Source: Actinomycetes bacterium
GTDB lineage: Bacteria > Actinomycetota > UBA4738 > HRBIN12
Direction of reading: 5' to 3'
DNA: 61,294 nucleotides
Assembly (NCBI GenBank): GCA_021155985.1
Contig: JAJNBA010000004.1
Span: 1-61,294, forward strand
Both the position numbers and the translations under genes were made by a program. Below the pieces are notes generated by a model. It saw nothing but the letters and a program-made list of their open reading frames with translations, ran no database searches and was not told the DNA's origin. This document shows positions 19,829-30,310 of this stretch, in pieces; within the stretch, counting starts at the first letter, position 1; each line of letters starts with the position of its first letter.

Positions 19829-20919
19829 GCCTGCGGGCAACGGTCGCGGCAGACCGCGGGTCGTTCGAGGTTCGGGCGACGATCGCCGCCCAGGAGGGCG
19901 AGACGCTCGCGTTGCTCGGTCCCAACGGTGCGGGGAAGACCACGGTCGTCATGGCGCTCGCCGGGCTCATCGACAGCACCGGTGCGATCGAGCTCGGAGA
20001 CGAACGGATCGACGGCCTCCCCCCGGAGCGACGGCCCCTCGGCGTCGCGTTCCAGAACGGCGCCCTGTTCCCTCGGATGAGCGCCCTCGCGAACGTGGCG
20101 TTCCCCCTCCGGGCCCGCGGCATCCGGCGCGGCCCAGCGCATGCCGAGGCGAGTGCCACCCTCGCTCGCCTCGCGCCCGACGTTCGACCCGAAGCCCTGC
20201 CACCGACGCTGTCCGGGGGCGAGGCGCAGCGCGTGGCGGTCGCTCGGGCCATCGTCCACGAGCCACGACTCCTCCTCCTCGACGAACCGTCCTCGGGTCT
20301 CGACGTTCGAGGCCGGGCGGAGCTCCGCCCGGTCCTCGTCGACACGCTGGCGTCGTTCCCCGGTGTCCGCGTGCTCGTCACCCACGACCCCGTGGAGGCG
20401 ATGACCCTCGCCGATCGCGTGGCGATCCTCGAAGGCGGTCGGGTCACCCAGGAGGGAACGTTCGACGACGTGCGCCGGACCCCGCGAAGTCGGTACGCAG
20501 CCGAGCTGGTCGGCGTCAATCTCTTCGTCGGGCGGCTGGAGCCGATCGACGGCGGGGCGGGGCGCCTCATCGCCGGCGAGGGCGACGTCGTGGTCGGCTG
20601 GCCGGACGGGGTCCCGCGCCGGCCGGTCGACGGGGTGACCGGGACCTTGCGACCATCGGACGTGGTCGTGCACACCGGCCCGCCCGCGCGGAGCTCCGCC
20701 CGCAACGTTTGGCGCGGGACGGTGGAGGAGCTCGCGATCTATGGAGAGCGCGTCCGAGCGCGGATCGCCTCTCGACCGCCGCTCGTGGCCGAGGTCACGG
20801 CGGGCTCCGTCCGTCAGCTCGGCTTGGCTCGGGGCTCCGAGGTCTGGGCCTCGTGCAAAGCCGTCGAGGTGGAGATCACGCTCCCCGCTTCACAGAGTGG
20901 GAGGACGTACCCTGGGTGA
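19825..20919 (+). CDS. modC: Molybdate ABC transporter ATP-binding protein with TOBE domain
   Basis: GPNGAGKT, LSGGEAQR, LLLLDEP, C-terminal SSARN TOBE. Confidence 0.9.
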   Translation: MSLRATVAADRGSFEVRATIAAQEGETLALLGPNGAGKTTVVMALAGLIDSTGAIELGDERIDGLPPERRPLGVAFQNGALFPRMSALANVAFPLRARGIRRGPAHAEASATLARLAPDVRPEALPPTLSGGEAQRVAVARAIVHEPRLLLLDEPSSGLDVRGRAELRPVLVDTLASFPGVRVLVTHDPVEAMTLADRVAILEGGRVTQEGTFDDVRRTPRSRYAAELVGVNLFVGRLEPIDGGAGRLIAGEGDVVVGWPDGVPRRPVDGVTGTLRPSDVVVHTGPPARSSARNVWRGTVEELAIYGERVRARIASRPPLVAEVTAGSVRQLGLARGSEVWASCKAVEVEITLPASQSGRTYPG

Positions 20920-20920
20920 G

Positions 20921-21577
20921 GTGAAAACGGATGAGCGCTCCCTCCGGAAGACGGACGGAGATGGCGAGGGCCCACGGCCCAAGAAGCGCCGCCACCCGGC
21001 GCTCACGTTCCTCGGCGAGCTGCCGGGCCTGATCCTCATGGCGTTCGCCCTGGCTTTGTTCATCAAGAGCACCCTGCTGCAGGCGTTCTGGATCCCCACG
21101 GGCTCGATGGAACCCACGTTGGTCCCGGGCGACCGCGTCATCGTCGCCAAGGTCCCCTACTACTTCCATGACCCGCAGCGCGGCGACGTCATCGTGTTCG
21201 AGGAGCCCGATCCCGCCAAGGAGCCGGATCGCGGCGTGTGGGGTGCGATCACCCACTGGCTCGGACAGGGCCTCGGATTCTCTCCGCCCGACCACCCCGA
21301 CTACATCAAGCGGGTGATCGGCGAACCGGGTGACGTCGTCTCCGCGAGGAACGGGAACGTGTACGTGAACGATGTCCGGATCTCCGAGCCGTATCTCCAT
21401 GAACGCACCGCCCGGTTCCCGGAGACGACGGTTCCCGCAGGGAAGCTGTTCGTGATGGGCGACAACCGCTCCAATTCGCTCGACTCCCGGTTCACCCTCG
21501 GGTTCGTTCCGGTCGACCGGGTGGTGGGCAAGGCGGTCTGGATCATCTGGCCCGTCGAGAACATGAGCGGCTTCTAA
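20921..21577 (+). CDS. lepB: Signal peptidase I
   Basis: IPTGSMEPTL, DYIKRVIG, MGDNRSNSLDSR. Confidence 0.92.
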   Translation: MKTDERSLRKTDGDGEGPRPKKRRHPALTFLGELPGLILMAFALALFIKSTLLQAFWIPTGSMEPTLVPGDRVIVAKVPYYFHDPQRGDVIVFEEPDPAKEPDRGVWGAITHWLGQGLGFSPPDHPDYIKRVIGEPGDVVSARNGNVYVNDVRISEPYLHERTARFPETTVPAGKLFVMGDNRSNSLDSRFTLGFVPVDRVVGKAVWIIWPVENMSGF

Positions 21578-21590
21578 CGAGGGAGAGCTC

Positions 21591-21980
21591 GTGCGCGGGC
21601 TCCTGATCGCCGGTGGTGTCCTCGTGGGCCTGTGGCTGCTCGCCGCCGTCCTGCTGCTGGTGATCGGGCGAAGGACGACCGCTCGGGAGCTCGTCACGTT
21701 CCTTCCGAACCTCATCCGTCTCTTCCGCGGCCTGCTCGGTGACGAACGGGTGCCTCGTTCCTCGAAGGCCCTTCTGCTGCTCGGAGCCTTCTGGCTCGCG
21801 TCCCCGATCGATCTGATCCCCGAGTTCTTGCCGGGGGTCGGTGCGCTCGACGACGCCGTCGTCGCGGGGCTCGTCCTGCGACACGTCGTGAAACGGGCCG
21901 GCCCCGACGTCGTGAGGGACCATTGGCGGGGAGACCCGAAGACCATCGGTCTCATGCTTCGGGCTGCTCGCGTCTCCTAG
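21591..21980 (+). CDS. DUF1232/YkvA-family membrane protein
   Basis: SPIDLIPEFLPGVGALDD motif. Confidence 0.85.
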   Translation: MRGLLIAGGVLVGLWLLAAVLLLVIGRRTTARELVTFLPNLIRLFRGLLGDERVPRSSKALLLLGAFWLASPIDLIPEFLPGVGALDDAVVAGLVLRHVVKRAGPDVVRDHWRGDPKTIGLMLRAARVS

Positions 21981-22051
21981 TCGAGCACCTTCCCCTCCGC
22001 CGCGGAACGGAACGACGAGTTCCTCGATCGGCTTCGGTCCGGTTCCGCTCG

Positions 22052-23422
22052 CTAGCCGATCTCCCGCTCCTTCGCCCAGGCGTCCAGCAGCTCGTACGCT
22101 TCGTCCTCCGGGATCTCGCCGCGCTCCATGCGCACGTCCATCAGGAACGCGAGCGCCTCGCCCACCACGGGCCCGGGCTCCACGCCGAGTCGCTCCATCA
22201 CCTGCCGACCGTCGAGGGTCGGGCGTATGGAATCGAGGTTCTCTTGCTCGGCGAGGCGGGCGATCCGATCCTCGAGCTCGTCCTGCAGCCGGGCGAACCG
22301 CTCCGCGCGCTTCGGGTCGCGAGTCGTGCAATCCGCCCGCGTGAGCTGGTTCAGCTTGTCCAAGAGGGGGCCGGCGTCGCGGACGTACCGCCGCACGGCG
22401 GCATCCGTCCACCCATCGCCGTACCCGTGGAACCGGAGGTGGAGCTCGATGAGCGTTCGGACGTCCTCCACCGTGGAGTTGGGATATCGCAGCGCGCGGA
22501 GCCTCTGCTCCGCCATCCGCGCGCCGACGACCTCGTGATGATGGAAGGAGACGCCGTCGGGAGTGATCTCCCGGGTCGAAGGCTTCCCGATGTCGTGGAG
22601 CAGACCCGCGAGCCGGAGCACCGGATCGGGCTCCAGCCGTTCGACGACCGCGAACGTATGCCGCAGCACGTCCTTGTGCCGATGGACCGGGTCCTGCTCG
22701 AGCTGGAGAGCCGGGAGCTCTGGAAGGAACTCGTCCGCGAGCCCGGACTCGACGAGCATCGCGAGCCCGGTGCCGGCCGACCCGCCGATGAGGGTCTTGT
22801 CGAGCTCGTCGCGGATCCGTTCCGAGGAAACGATGCGGAGGCGTTCCCGCATCGTCGCGATCGCTTCGACGACCCGCGGAACCGGCGTGACGCTGAACTG
22901 GGAGACGAAGCGTGCGGCCCGCAGCATGCGCAAGGGGTCATCCGAGAACGCGATCTCGGGGTCGAGCGGCGTGTCGAGGCGCTTCGCGGCGAGATCCTTG
23001 ACCCCTTCGAACGGATCGACGAACTCGCCGTCGGGCATCCGCACGGCCATCGTGTTGATCGTGAAGTCACGGCGGGACAGGTCGGTCCGGATGTCTTTCG
23101 CGAACGAAACCGCCGGCTTGCGCTCGTCCTCCGGATACCGCTCCTCGCGGAAGGTCGTGATCTCGAGCAGGGTGCCGTGTCGACGCGCCCCCACCGTGCC
23201 GAACTTCACGCCCACGAGATACAGCGCGTCCGCCCATCCCCGAAGAAGCCGAGAGGTCTCGGCCGGCGAGGCGTCGGTCGCGAAGTCGAAATTGGTCGCC
23301 GGGGTCAGTCGACCCATCACCAGGTCACGGACGACCCCGCCCACCAGGTACAGCTCGTGACCGGCCGCCTGGAAACGGTCGCCGAGTTCCTTCGCGAGCG
23401 GATCGATCTCGAGGGTGGTCAC
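22052..23422 (-). CDS. pcnA: CCA tRNA nucleotidyltransferase / poly(A) polymerase family with HD domain
   Basis: LYLVGGVVRD, DLSRRDFTIN, FSDDPLRMLRAARF, LLHDIGKP; conserved position. Confidence 0.92.
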   Translation of the reverse strand: MTTLEIDPLAKELGDRFQAAGHELYLVGGVVRDLVMGRLTPATNFDFATDASPAETSRLLRGWADALYLVGVKFGTVGARRHGTLLEITTFREERYPEDERKPAVSFAKDIRTDLSRRDFTINTMAVRMPDGEFVDPFEGVKDLAAKRLDTPLDPEIAFSDDPLRMLRAARFVSQFSVTPVPRVVEAIATMRERLRIVSSERIRDELDKTLIGGSAGTGLAMLVESGLADEFLPELPALQLEQDPVHRHKDVLRHTFAVVERLEPDPVLRLAGLLHDIGKPSTREITPDGVSFHHHEVVGARMAEQRLRALRYPNSTVEDVRTLIELHLRFHGYGDGWTDAAVRRYVRDAGPLLDKLNQLTRADCTTRDPKRAERFARLQDELEDRIARLAEQENLDSIRPTLDGRQVMERLGVEPGPVVGEALAFLMDVRMERGEIPEDEAYELLDAWAKEREIG

Positions 23423-23476
23423 GACGTCCAACCTTACCCTCGCACTCCTCCCGCCCCGGCGGAGTACGGTGCGGCG

Positions 23477-23842
23477 ATGCCCATCTGGCTCGGATTCATC
23501 TGGACATCGCCGAACACGCTGCTCGGCCTCGTGCTCGGTGTCTTCACGTTCCAGATGCCCCGGCTCGATCACGGGGTGGTCATCTTCGATCGTGCTCCCC
23601 GAGGGCTCACGGCGCTGCTGCCACGTCTCGGTCGTACCGCGATGACCATCGGCTTCGTGATCGTGTCGGCCCGGCCGCTCGAGGGACGACTCCTCGCCCA
23701 CGAGCGACATCATGTCCGTCAGTACCTCGCCTGGGGCCCGCTCTTCATCCCGGCGTACCTAGTGGTCGCGGTCCGATCCGGGTACCGGCGCCATCCGATG
23801 GAGCTCGCCGCAGTCCGCGCAGCGGAGGCGGCGGAGCCGTAG
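23477..23842 (+). CDS. Small membrane protein with HExxH motif
   Basis: WTSPNTLLGL, AMTIGFV, AHERHHVRQY, WGPLFIPAY. Confidence 0.7.
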   Translation: MPIWLGFIWTSPNTLLGLVLGVFTFQMPRLDHGVVIFDRAPRGLTALLPRLGRTAMTIGFVIVSARPLEGRLLAHERHHVRQYLAWGPLFIPAYLVVAVRSGYRRHPMELAAVRAAEAAEP

Positions 23843-23846
23843 CCGA

Positions 23847-24965
23847 TCAGTAGGGGAGGCTCTCGGAGGCCGCCTCCGCCTCGTCGAACGCCGCGCGGCG
23901 TTCGAGCGTGCCGTGGAGCGCCAGATCGAAGTCGTGGGGGTTGGTCGCCGTCCGGCGGGCCTCGTCCGGCGAGACGACGCCTTCCTTCACGAGCTTCACG
24001 AGCGCTTGGTCGAATGTCTGCATCCCGTAGAACTCCCCGCCTTGGATCACCTCGAGGATGCCCGACGTCTCCTCGGGGTCCACGATCCTGTCGAAGACGC
24101 GCCCGGTGTTCACGAGCACTTCCACGACCGGGACGCGCCCCTTCCCGTCGGCACGGGTCACGAGACGCTGGGACACGATCCCGCGGAGGGCTCCGGCGAA
24201 CGACGAACGGATCTCCCGCTGCTGTTCGGGCGGGAACAGGTCGAGCGTGCGGTTGATCGTCTCCATCGCGTCGATCGTGTGCAGGGTGGAGATCACGAGG
24301 TGCCCCGTCTCGGCCGCCTGGATCGCGGCGAGCGCCGAGTCGGAGTCACGGATCTCCCCGATGAAGATCACGTCCGGGTCCTGGCGGATGACGTGCCGCA
24401 GAGCGGCGGCGTACGACTCCGTGTCGATCCCGATCTCGCGCTGCTGGACGATCGAGAGTTGGTCGTCGTGCACCACCTCGATCGGATCCTCGACGGTCAC
24501 GATATGGGTCCGGCGGGTGCGGTTGATGTGACCGATCATCGCGGCGATTGTCGTCGTCTTCCCGGTTCCCGTCGGACCGGTGATCAGGATCAGGCCGCGA
24601 GGGGAGGCCGCGAGCGTGCTCATCACGGGCGGCAATCGGAGCTCCTCGAACGACGGCACCTCGGCGCGGACGCGACGGATCGCGAGCCCGATCACGCCGC
24701 GCTGACGGAAGACGTTGACACGGAACCGTCCGACGCCGGAGAGCGTGTAGCCAAGGTCGGCCTCGTTCGTCCGCTCGAACTCCCGCTTCTTGTGCTCGCT
24801 CATGAGCGCGTCGGCGAAGCGGTCGGTGTCGGCGGCGGAGAGGTAGCCGAGCTCGGCCGGCGAGAGCTCGCCGTCCACACGCACGAACGGGACGTTGCCC
24901 GCTTTCAGGTGGAGGTCGCTCGCGCCCCGCTCGACCGCGTACCGCAGCAGCTCATCGATGTCCAT
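23847..24965 (-). CDS. pilT: Type IV pilus retraction ATPase PilT/PilU
   Basis: ASDLHL, GPTGTGKTT, TVEDPIE, RQDPDVIFIGEIRD, AETGHLVISTLH, GMQTFDQ. Confidence 0.9.
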   Translation of the reverse strand: MDIDELLRYAVERGASDLHLKAGNVPFVRVDGELSPAELGYLSAADTDRFADALMSEHKKREFERTNEADLGYTLSGVGRFRVNVFRQRGVIGLAIRRVRAEVPSFEELRLPPVMSTLAASPRGLILITGPTGTGKTTTIAAMIGHINRTRRTHIVTVEDPIEVVHDDQLSIVQQREIGIDTESYAAALRHVIRQDPDVIFIGEIRDSDSALAAIQAAETGHLVISTLHTIDAMETINRTLDLFPPEQQREIRSSFAGALRGIVSQRLVTRADGKGRVPVVEVLVNTGRVFDRIVDPEETSGILEVIQGGEFYGMQTFDQALVKLVKEGVVSPDEARRTATNPHDFDLALHGTLERRAAFDEAEAASESLPY

Positions 24966-25077
24966 GCCAGACCGACGCTCCTCTTCTCATCGCTGGTCAC
25001 GCGTCCTTCGGACGCCCGGTACATGCATCGGCCCCTCCCCACGGAGACCTGAGGAACGGAACCTAGAATCAGGCCGG

Positions 25078-25845
25078 ATGGCTGAAGGAGGCGGAGCGGC
25101 GACGCCGGGCGAGGATGCCGGCGGCTCGAAGCGCCGTCGCAGACGACGGCCGAGGCGGGGCTCCTCGCACGCGGCCGGTGCGGCGAAGGCACAGGGAGCG
25201 ATCCGGGGCGGCGATACGGCACGCGATGCCCCCCGGCCGGCGCAAGCCGACCGGGCCCGTGCCGAGCCGGGGCGCACCCAGGCGGGTACGGGCCGAGGTC
25301 AGAAGCGCAAGCCCCAGCGGAAGGGCCCGGAACAGGACAAGAAGAAGGACCAGAAGAGCCGGAAGCAGCGGCGGAAGCGGCGAGACACGTCGGGGAAGGC
25401 TTCCCCGAGATCACGTGGCGCCCCCTCCAAGCGAGAGATCTCGGCGGGCGGCGTGGTCTACCGACGGGACGGCGGGGAGATCGAGATCGTCCTGGCGTCG
25501 CGACGCACTCGCCGTGGCGAGCTCGCCTGGGGGCTGGCGAAGGGCGGTATCGAGGACAACGAATCCCCGGAGGAGGCGGCGGTTCGGGAGGTCCGTGAGG
25601 AGACCGGGCTCCTCGCGGAGATCGAGGACTCCCTGGGGGAGACCCGCTACTTCTACGTGTGGGAGGACGTGCGCATCCGCAAGACCGTCCACTTCTTCTT
25701 GATGCGACACACGGGCGGGAACATCGACGACCGTGATGACGAGATGGAGGAGATCCGCTGGTTCCCGCTCGAGCGCGCGCTCAAGCGGGCCGCGTACCGT
25801 GGCGAGCGCGACGTCCTCGTCCGTGCCGCCGAGATCCTCCGGTGA
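25078..25845 (+). CDS. NUDIX hydrolase with long basic N-terminal extension
   Basis: Nudix box GGIEDNESPEEAAVREVREETG, EISAGGVV. Confidence 0.88.
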   Translation: MAEGGGAATPGEDAGGSKRRRRRRPRRGSSHAAGAAKAQGAIRGGDTARDAPRPAQADRARAEPGRTQAGTGRGQKRKPQRKGPEQDKKKDQKSRKQRRKRRDTSGKASPRSRGAPSKREISAGGVVYRRDGGEIEIVLASRRTRRGELAWGLAKGGIEDNESPEEAAVREVREETGLLAEIEDSLGETRYFYVWEDVRIRKTVHFFLMRHTGGNIDDRDDEMEEIRWFPLERALKRAAYRGERDVLVRAAEILR

Positions 25846-26606
25846 GTCCCGTCGACGTCGCGATCGCCGTGGCGATCGGCCTGATCTCCGGCGTCCTGGC
25901 CGGTGTCTTCGGCGTCGGGGGCGGGATCGTGATGACACCCGGCATCCAGGTACTCCTCGGGGCGCCGCCGATCGTGGCGCTTGCCACACCCTTGCCGGTG
26001 ATCTTCCCGACCGCGCTCGCCGGCGCGCTCGCCTACCGTCGCCGCGGTGAGGTCGACATCCAGGCGGCCGCGTGGCTGGTCGGACCCGGCGTCGTCGGCG
26101 CCGCGCTGGGAGCCTGGCTCACCACCGCGATCGATACGAGGGTGCTGCTGATCGTGACGGCCCTCCTGCTCGGCTGGCAGGCGGTCTCGATCCTGCGCGC
26201 GGGCCAGCGGCAACGAGCAGGCCGACCGGCAACAGCCCCCATCCTCGGAGGGATCGGGGCCCTCGCCGGCCTCGTGTCCGGTCTCTTGGGCATCGGCGGC
26301 GGCCTCGTGATGGTGCCGTTGCTCGCGGGCTGGCTCGGGATGCCACTCAAGCGCACCCTGGGAACATCGCTCCTCGCGATCGTCGCTCTCGTGGTCCCCG
26401 GAGCGGTGGTCCATGGGGTGCTCGGCCACCTCGACCTTTGGCTCTGCATCGCGCTCATCGTCGGATCCGTGCCCGGAGCCCGGCTCGGCGCGACCATCGC
26501 GCTGGGCGCGCGGGAGCGGACGCTTCGGGTCGTGGTGGGGTGCGGACTCCTTGCCGTTTCGATCCTGTATGCGATCGAGCAGGCCTCGGCGATGCTGGAC
26601 CGCTGA
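25842..26606 (+). CDS. TauE/SafE-family sulfite exporter
   Basis: Duplicated G.FGVGGG / GLLGIGGG motifs; hydrophobic. Confidence 0.88.
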   Translation: MSPVDVAIAVAIGLISGVLAGVFGVGGGIVMTPGIQVLLGAPPIVALATPLPVIFPTALAGALAYRRRGEVDIQAAAWLVGPGVVGAALGAWLTTAIDTRVLLIVTALLLGWQAVSILRAGQRQRAGRPATAPILGGIGALAGLVSGLLGIGGGLVMVPLLAGWLGMPLKRTLGTSLLAIVALVVPGAVVHGVLGHLDLWLCIALIVGSVPGARLGATIALGARERTLRVVVGCGLLAVSILYAIEQASAMLDR

Positions 26607-26633
26607 GGTCGGGGACTACGATTGTCGCTCGGC

Positions 26634-28670
26634 ATGCGTCGCTCCCGCGGACCACATCTGGCCCTGAGCCTCCTCTCGATCCTTTCGGCGATCGTCTGGA
26701 TCGCGGCGCCCGCGCACGCCCAGGGGGAACCGGACGCAACGATCCGCCTCATCAGGCAGACCGCGTACACCACGCCGGAACAACCGGTGATCAGGCTCGC
26801 GATCCGGATCAGCAACGTCCGCGCGACGATCCCCGACGCGGTGATCGGTTGGCGGCTCGGTCCGAAGGTGGTGTCCCGCGTCGGCTACGAGACCGCGCTG
26901 AAGGTTGGTCCACCGTACGCAGCGGCAGCCGACACGGTCTTCGACCCCGGGGACATCAAGCCCGGGGAGACGATCGACATCGCGATCAAGATCGACACGT
27001 CGGAGACCGGAGCCATCGAGGATGACTCCGGCGTCTATCCGCTGCAGATCGAGCTCCGGAGCGGCGACGAGCTCACGACGTCGATGACCACCGCCGTGAT
27101 CCACATCTTCCAACCCCCGGAGAAGCGGGTGTGGTTCTCCTGGTGGACCGAGGTTGCGACACCGATCGCGTTCGGGCCCGACGGCACCCTGATCGACCTC
27201 GGCTTCGAGAGCACGCTCGAGTCCGGCGGCGGGATCGTCGCGCAGGTCGAGGCCCTCCGGGACCTGCTGCAGGGAGCACCGGCGAGCGCGGCCGTCGACC
27301 TGATCGTCTCGCCCGTGGCCCTCGACCAGCTCGAGCGGGCGGCGGACGGGTACAGACGGGCCGATGGAACGACGGTTCCGAGCAGCGATCCCGCGCCGCT
27401 CGCGGCCGCAGCGACGCTGGAGCGTCTCCGAGAGATCGCCGCCTCGCCGCTCGCCCGGCTCCACGCGATGCCGTTCGCTGCTCCGAGACTCCCCGCATTG
27501 CTCTCCGCCGGCCTGAAGTCGCATCTCGACGCTCACTGGCGCGTGGGTGACGAGACGTTCGAGCGGATCCTGGGCGAGCGCCCGGACCCGGCGGTCGCGA
27601 GACCGCCCGGGTTGGCGTTCGACCAAGCGTCGGTGGACTCGATGGAGGCGCGCGGGGTCACCACGCTCCTCGGAGCCGTGGACACGGTTGCCCGGCCACC
27701 GCAGGACAACGACTTCGCCCCACCGCCGGCTGCGACCCTGCACACGTCATCGGGGGGAGATGTGACGCTCCTCCTCCCCGACCCCGGAGCGACGTCACTC
27801 TTGAATGACCCCGTCATCCGAGAGGACCCGATCCTGGCGGCGCACGTCCTCCTCGGCGAGCTCGCCACGATCTGGAAGGAGCGGCCCGTTCCACCAGATG
27901 ACGTGGAGCGCGGCCTCGCACTCGACCTCGCGCCCGATCTTCCGGCAGCGTTCTGGCTCCCCGCCGTTCGCCGGCTCTCCCAGGCGCCGTTCCTGGAGCC
28001 GGCCCATGCCGGGGATCTGCGCGGCCACGTGCTGCCTCCCCCCGAGCCGGCGACCCTCGGCTCGGAACCGGCCGAGGCGTTCCTCTCCTCCTACACGACC
28101 GACCTCGTCGCGGCCGCCCAGCGCGTGAACACGTTCGGCAGGGTCGTCGAGGAGCCGGCAGGTGAGGCGGACCGGCTCAGGCGCGGGCTGCTGTACGCGG
28201 AGGCGTCGCAGTACATCCGCAACGAGGGGTCCGGCCGGATCTGGATCAACTGGGTGAACGACGTGATCGACAGCACGTTCGATGCGATCGCCCCGGACAC
28301 CGCACGCCCACTCACGTTCACGTCGCGATCGGGCACGATCCCCCTCCGGATGGGCGATCCCGGTTCGCGTGTCCTGACCGTGCGGGTGGAGCTGGCATCG
28401 GTTCGGGTCGACTTCCTCGGAACCGGAAGCCGGCCGGTGCGGATCACCGAGCCGAACCAGGTGATCACGTTCGATGCCGAGGTGAGGGCAGCCGGGACGA
28501 GCCGGGTCGAGGTGTTCGTGCGCTCGCCCGACGGCGTGGAGCTGTCGCGGGCCGTGCTGGTCGTTCGATCCACCGCGATCAACCCGATCGCCCTGGCGAT
28601 CACGATCGGAGCCGGCCTGGTCCTCGTCGCTCTGTGGTCGAGGAGACTGTTCCGCCGGCGGCAGACGTGA
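26634..28670 (+). CDS. Large secreted, membrane-anchored protein (DUF6049-like)
   Basis: Signal peptide, GVYPLQIEL, C-terminal TM helix; conserved position upstream of murJ. Confidence 0.75.
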   Translation: MRRSRGPHLALSLLSILSAIVWIAAPAHAQGEPDATIRLIRQTAYTTPEQPVIRLAIRISNVRATIPDAVIGWRLGPKVVSRVGYETALKVGPPYAAAADTVFDPGDIKPGETIDIAIKIDTSETGAIEDDSGVYPLQIELRSGDELTTSMTTAVIHIFQPPEKRVWFSWWTEVATPIAFGPDGTLIDLGFESTLESGGGIVAQVEALRDLLQGAPASAAVDLIVSPVALDQLERAADGYRRADGTTVPSSDPAPLAAAATLERLREIAASPLARLHAMPFAAPRLPALLSAGLKSHLDAHWRVGDETFERILGERPDPAVARPPGLAFDQASVDSMEARGVTTLLGAVDTVARPPQDNDFAPPPAATLHTSSGGDVTLLLPDPGATSLLNDPVIREDPILAAHVLLGELATIWKERPVPPDDVERGLALDLAPDLPAAFWLPAVRRLSQAPFLEPAHAGDLRGHVLPPPEPATLGSEPAEAFLSSYTTDLVAAAQRVNTFGRVVEEPAGEADRLRRGLLYAEASQYIRNEGSGRIWINWVNDVIDSTFDAIAPDTARPLTFTSRSGTIPLRMGDPGSRVLTVRVELASVRVDFLGTGSRPVRITEPNQVITFDAEVRAAGTSRVEVFVRSPDGVELSRAVLVVRSTAINPIALAITIGAGLVLVALWSRRLFRRRQT

Positions 28671-30310
28671 GCTCGGAGCACGGACGTCCGCACCGCGACT
28701 CGCGGGAGACACTGGTGCGACATGCCGCCGTCATGACGGTCGGAACCACCCTCTCGCGCCTCACCGGGTTCCTCCGCCTCAGCGCGATGACGGCGGCGCT
28801 CGGCGTCACCATCAGCACGCTGGGCTCGATCTACACGGTCGCCAACCTCACGCCCAACATCGTCTACGAACTGATCCTCGGGGGCATCCTCACCTCGGTG
28901 TTCGTCCCGGTCTTCGTCGGCCGCCTCGAGACGCACGGCACCGAGGACGCCCGTGAGGTGGCCGATCGAGTCATCTCGCTCGTAGCGGTCATCCTGGTCA
29001 CGGTCGCCGCCCTGGGCGCCGTGTTCGCGGAGCAGATCATCCGCCTCTACCTCGTCTCCTCGGACGCTCCGGACCGCGAAGCGCAGATCCAGCTCGGCGT
29101 CTTCTTCCTCCGATGGTTCATGCCGCAGATCGTTTTCTACGGCGTGGGCGCGGTCGTCATCGGACTCCTCCAGGCCCACCGGCGGTTCGCGGCGCCGATG
29201 TTCGCGCCGATCCTGAACAACCTGGTCGTGATCGGGACCTTCATCGCCTACGCGGCCGCGCGGGGGAGTCGAGCACCCGATGTTCGAACGATCACCGACC
29301 TCGAGCGGACGATCCTCGCCGGGGGGACGACCCTCGGCGTCGTCGTGATGACCGTGGCGTTGTGGCCCTCCCTCCGCGCGATCGGGTACCGCATCCGGCT
29401 CCGGCTGACGTGGCGACACGAGGCCGTCCGGCAGCTGGTGCGTCTGGCTGGCTGGGTCGCTCTCTACGTCGCCGCCAACCAGCTCGCATACGTCGTGGTG
29501 ATCGTGCTCAACAACCGCTTCGACGCCGGCCCGCAGGTGTACACCACCGCCTTCATCGTGTTCCAGCTCCCCCACGCGATCTTCGCGGTCTCGATCTTCA
29601 CGGCGCTGTTGCCCGGGATGAGCGAGCGCTGGGCGACCGGCGACCCCGCGGGTGTACGCGCGTTCCTGTCTCGCGGCCTCCGCGACACGGCCGTCGTCAC
29701 GATCCCGGCCGCCATCGGCCTCTTCGCGCTCGCGGAGCCGATCGCTCGTCTCCTGTTCGAGCACGGGGCTGCCGTCGACGCGGACGCGGTCGCCATCGGC
29801 GCCGCCCTGCAGGGATTCGCCGTCGGTCTGCTGTTCTTCTCGTCGTTCCACCTCCTGACCAGAACGTTCTACGCCATGCAGGACACTAGGACGCCGGCCC
29901 TCGTGAACGTGGTGGTCGGTTGCGTGAACGTGGCCGCGGCCCTCCTGTACACGGCCGGCCCCCTCGATCTCGGTCTCCGGGGGATGGCCCTGGCGCACGC
30001 GACCTCGTACGTCGCGGGCGCGGGGATCCTCCTGATCCTCCTCCGGAGGAGGCTGGGAGCCCTCGACGGGAGGCGGATCGCGAGGACCGTCGCGCTGACC
30101 TCGATCGCAGCGATCGCCTCCGCCTCAGCCGCCGTCGGCGTGCTCCGGGTCTGGGACCTCCCGGCGGACGCGGGGGCGCTCACGCAGGCTGCGCACGTCG
30201 GCACCGCCGTCGCCGCCGGGGTGCTGGTGTTCCTGATCTCGGCCCTTATCCTGCGAGTCGGAGAGGTCGATGACCTGAGGAGGTCCATCGTCAGGAGGCT
30301 CCGAGGATGA
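28667..30310 (+). CDS. murJ: Lipid II flippase MurJ
   Basis: TLSRLTGFLR, ANLTPNIVYELILGG, PQIVFYG, RTFYAMQDTRTP. Confidence 0.93.
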   Translation: MSSEHGRPHRDSRETLVRHAAVMTVGTTLSRLTGFLRLSAMTAALGVTISTLGSIYTVANLTPNIVYELILGGILTSVFVPVFVGRLETHGTEDAREVADRVISLVAVILVTVAALGAVFAEQIIRLYLVSSDAPDREAQIQLGVFFLRWFMPQIVFYGVGAVVIGLLQAHRRFAAPMFAPILNNLVVIGTFIAYAAARGSRAPDVRTITDLERTILAGGTTLGVVVMTVALWPSLRAIGYRIRLRLTWRHEAVRQLVRLAGWVALYVAANQLAYVVVIVLNNRFDAGPQVYTTAFIVFQLPHAIFAVSIFTALLPGMSERWATGDPAGVRAFLSRGLRDTAVVTIPAAIGLFALAEPIARLLFEHGAAVDADAVAIGAALQGFAVGLLFFSSFHLLTRTFYAMQDTRTPALVNVVVGCVNVAAALLYTAGPLDLGLRGMALAHATSYVAGAGILLILLRRRLGALDGRRIARTVALTSIAAIASASAAVGVLRVWDLPADAGALTQAAHVGTAVAAGVLVFLISALILRVGEVDDLRRSIVRRLRG

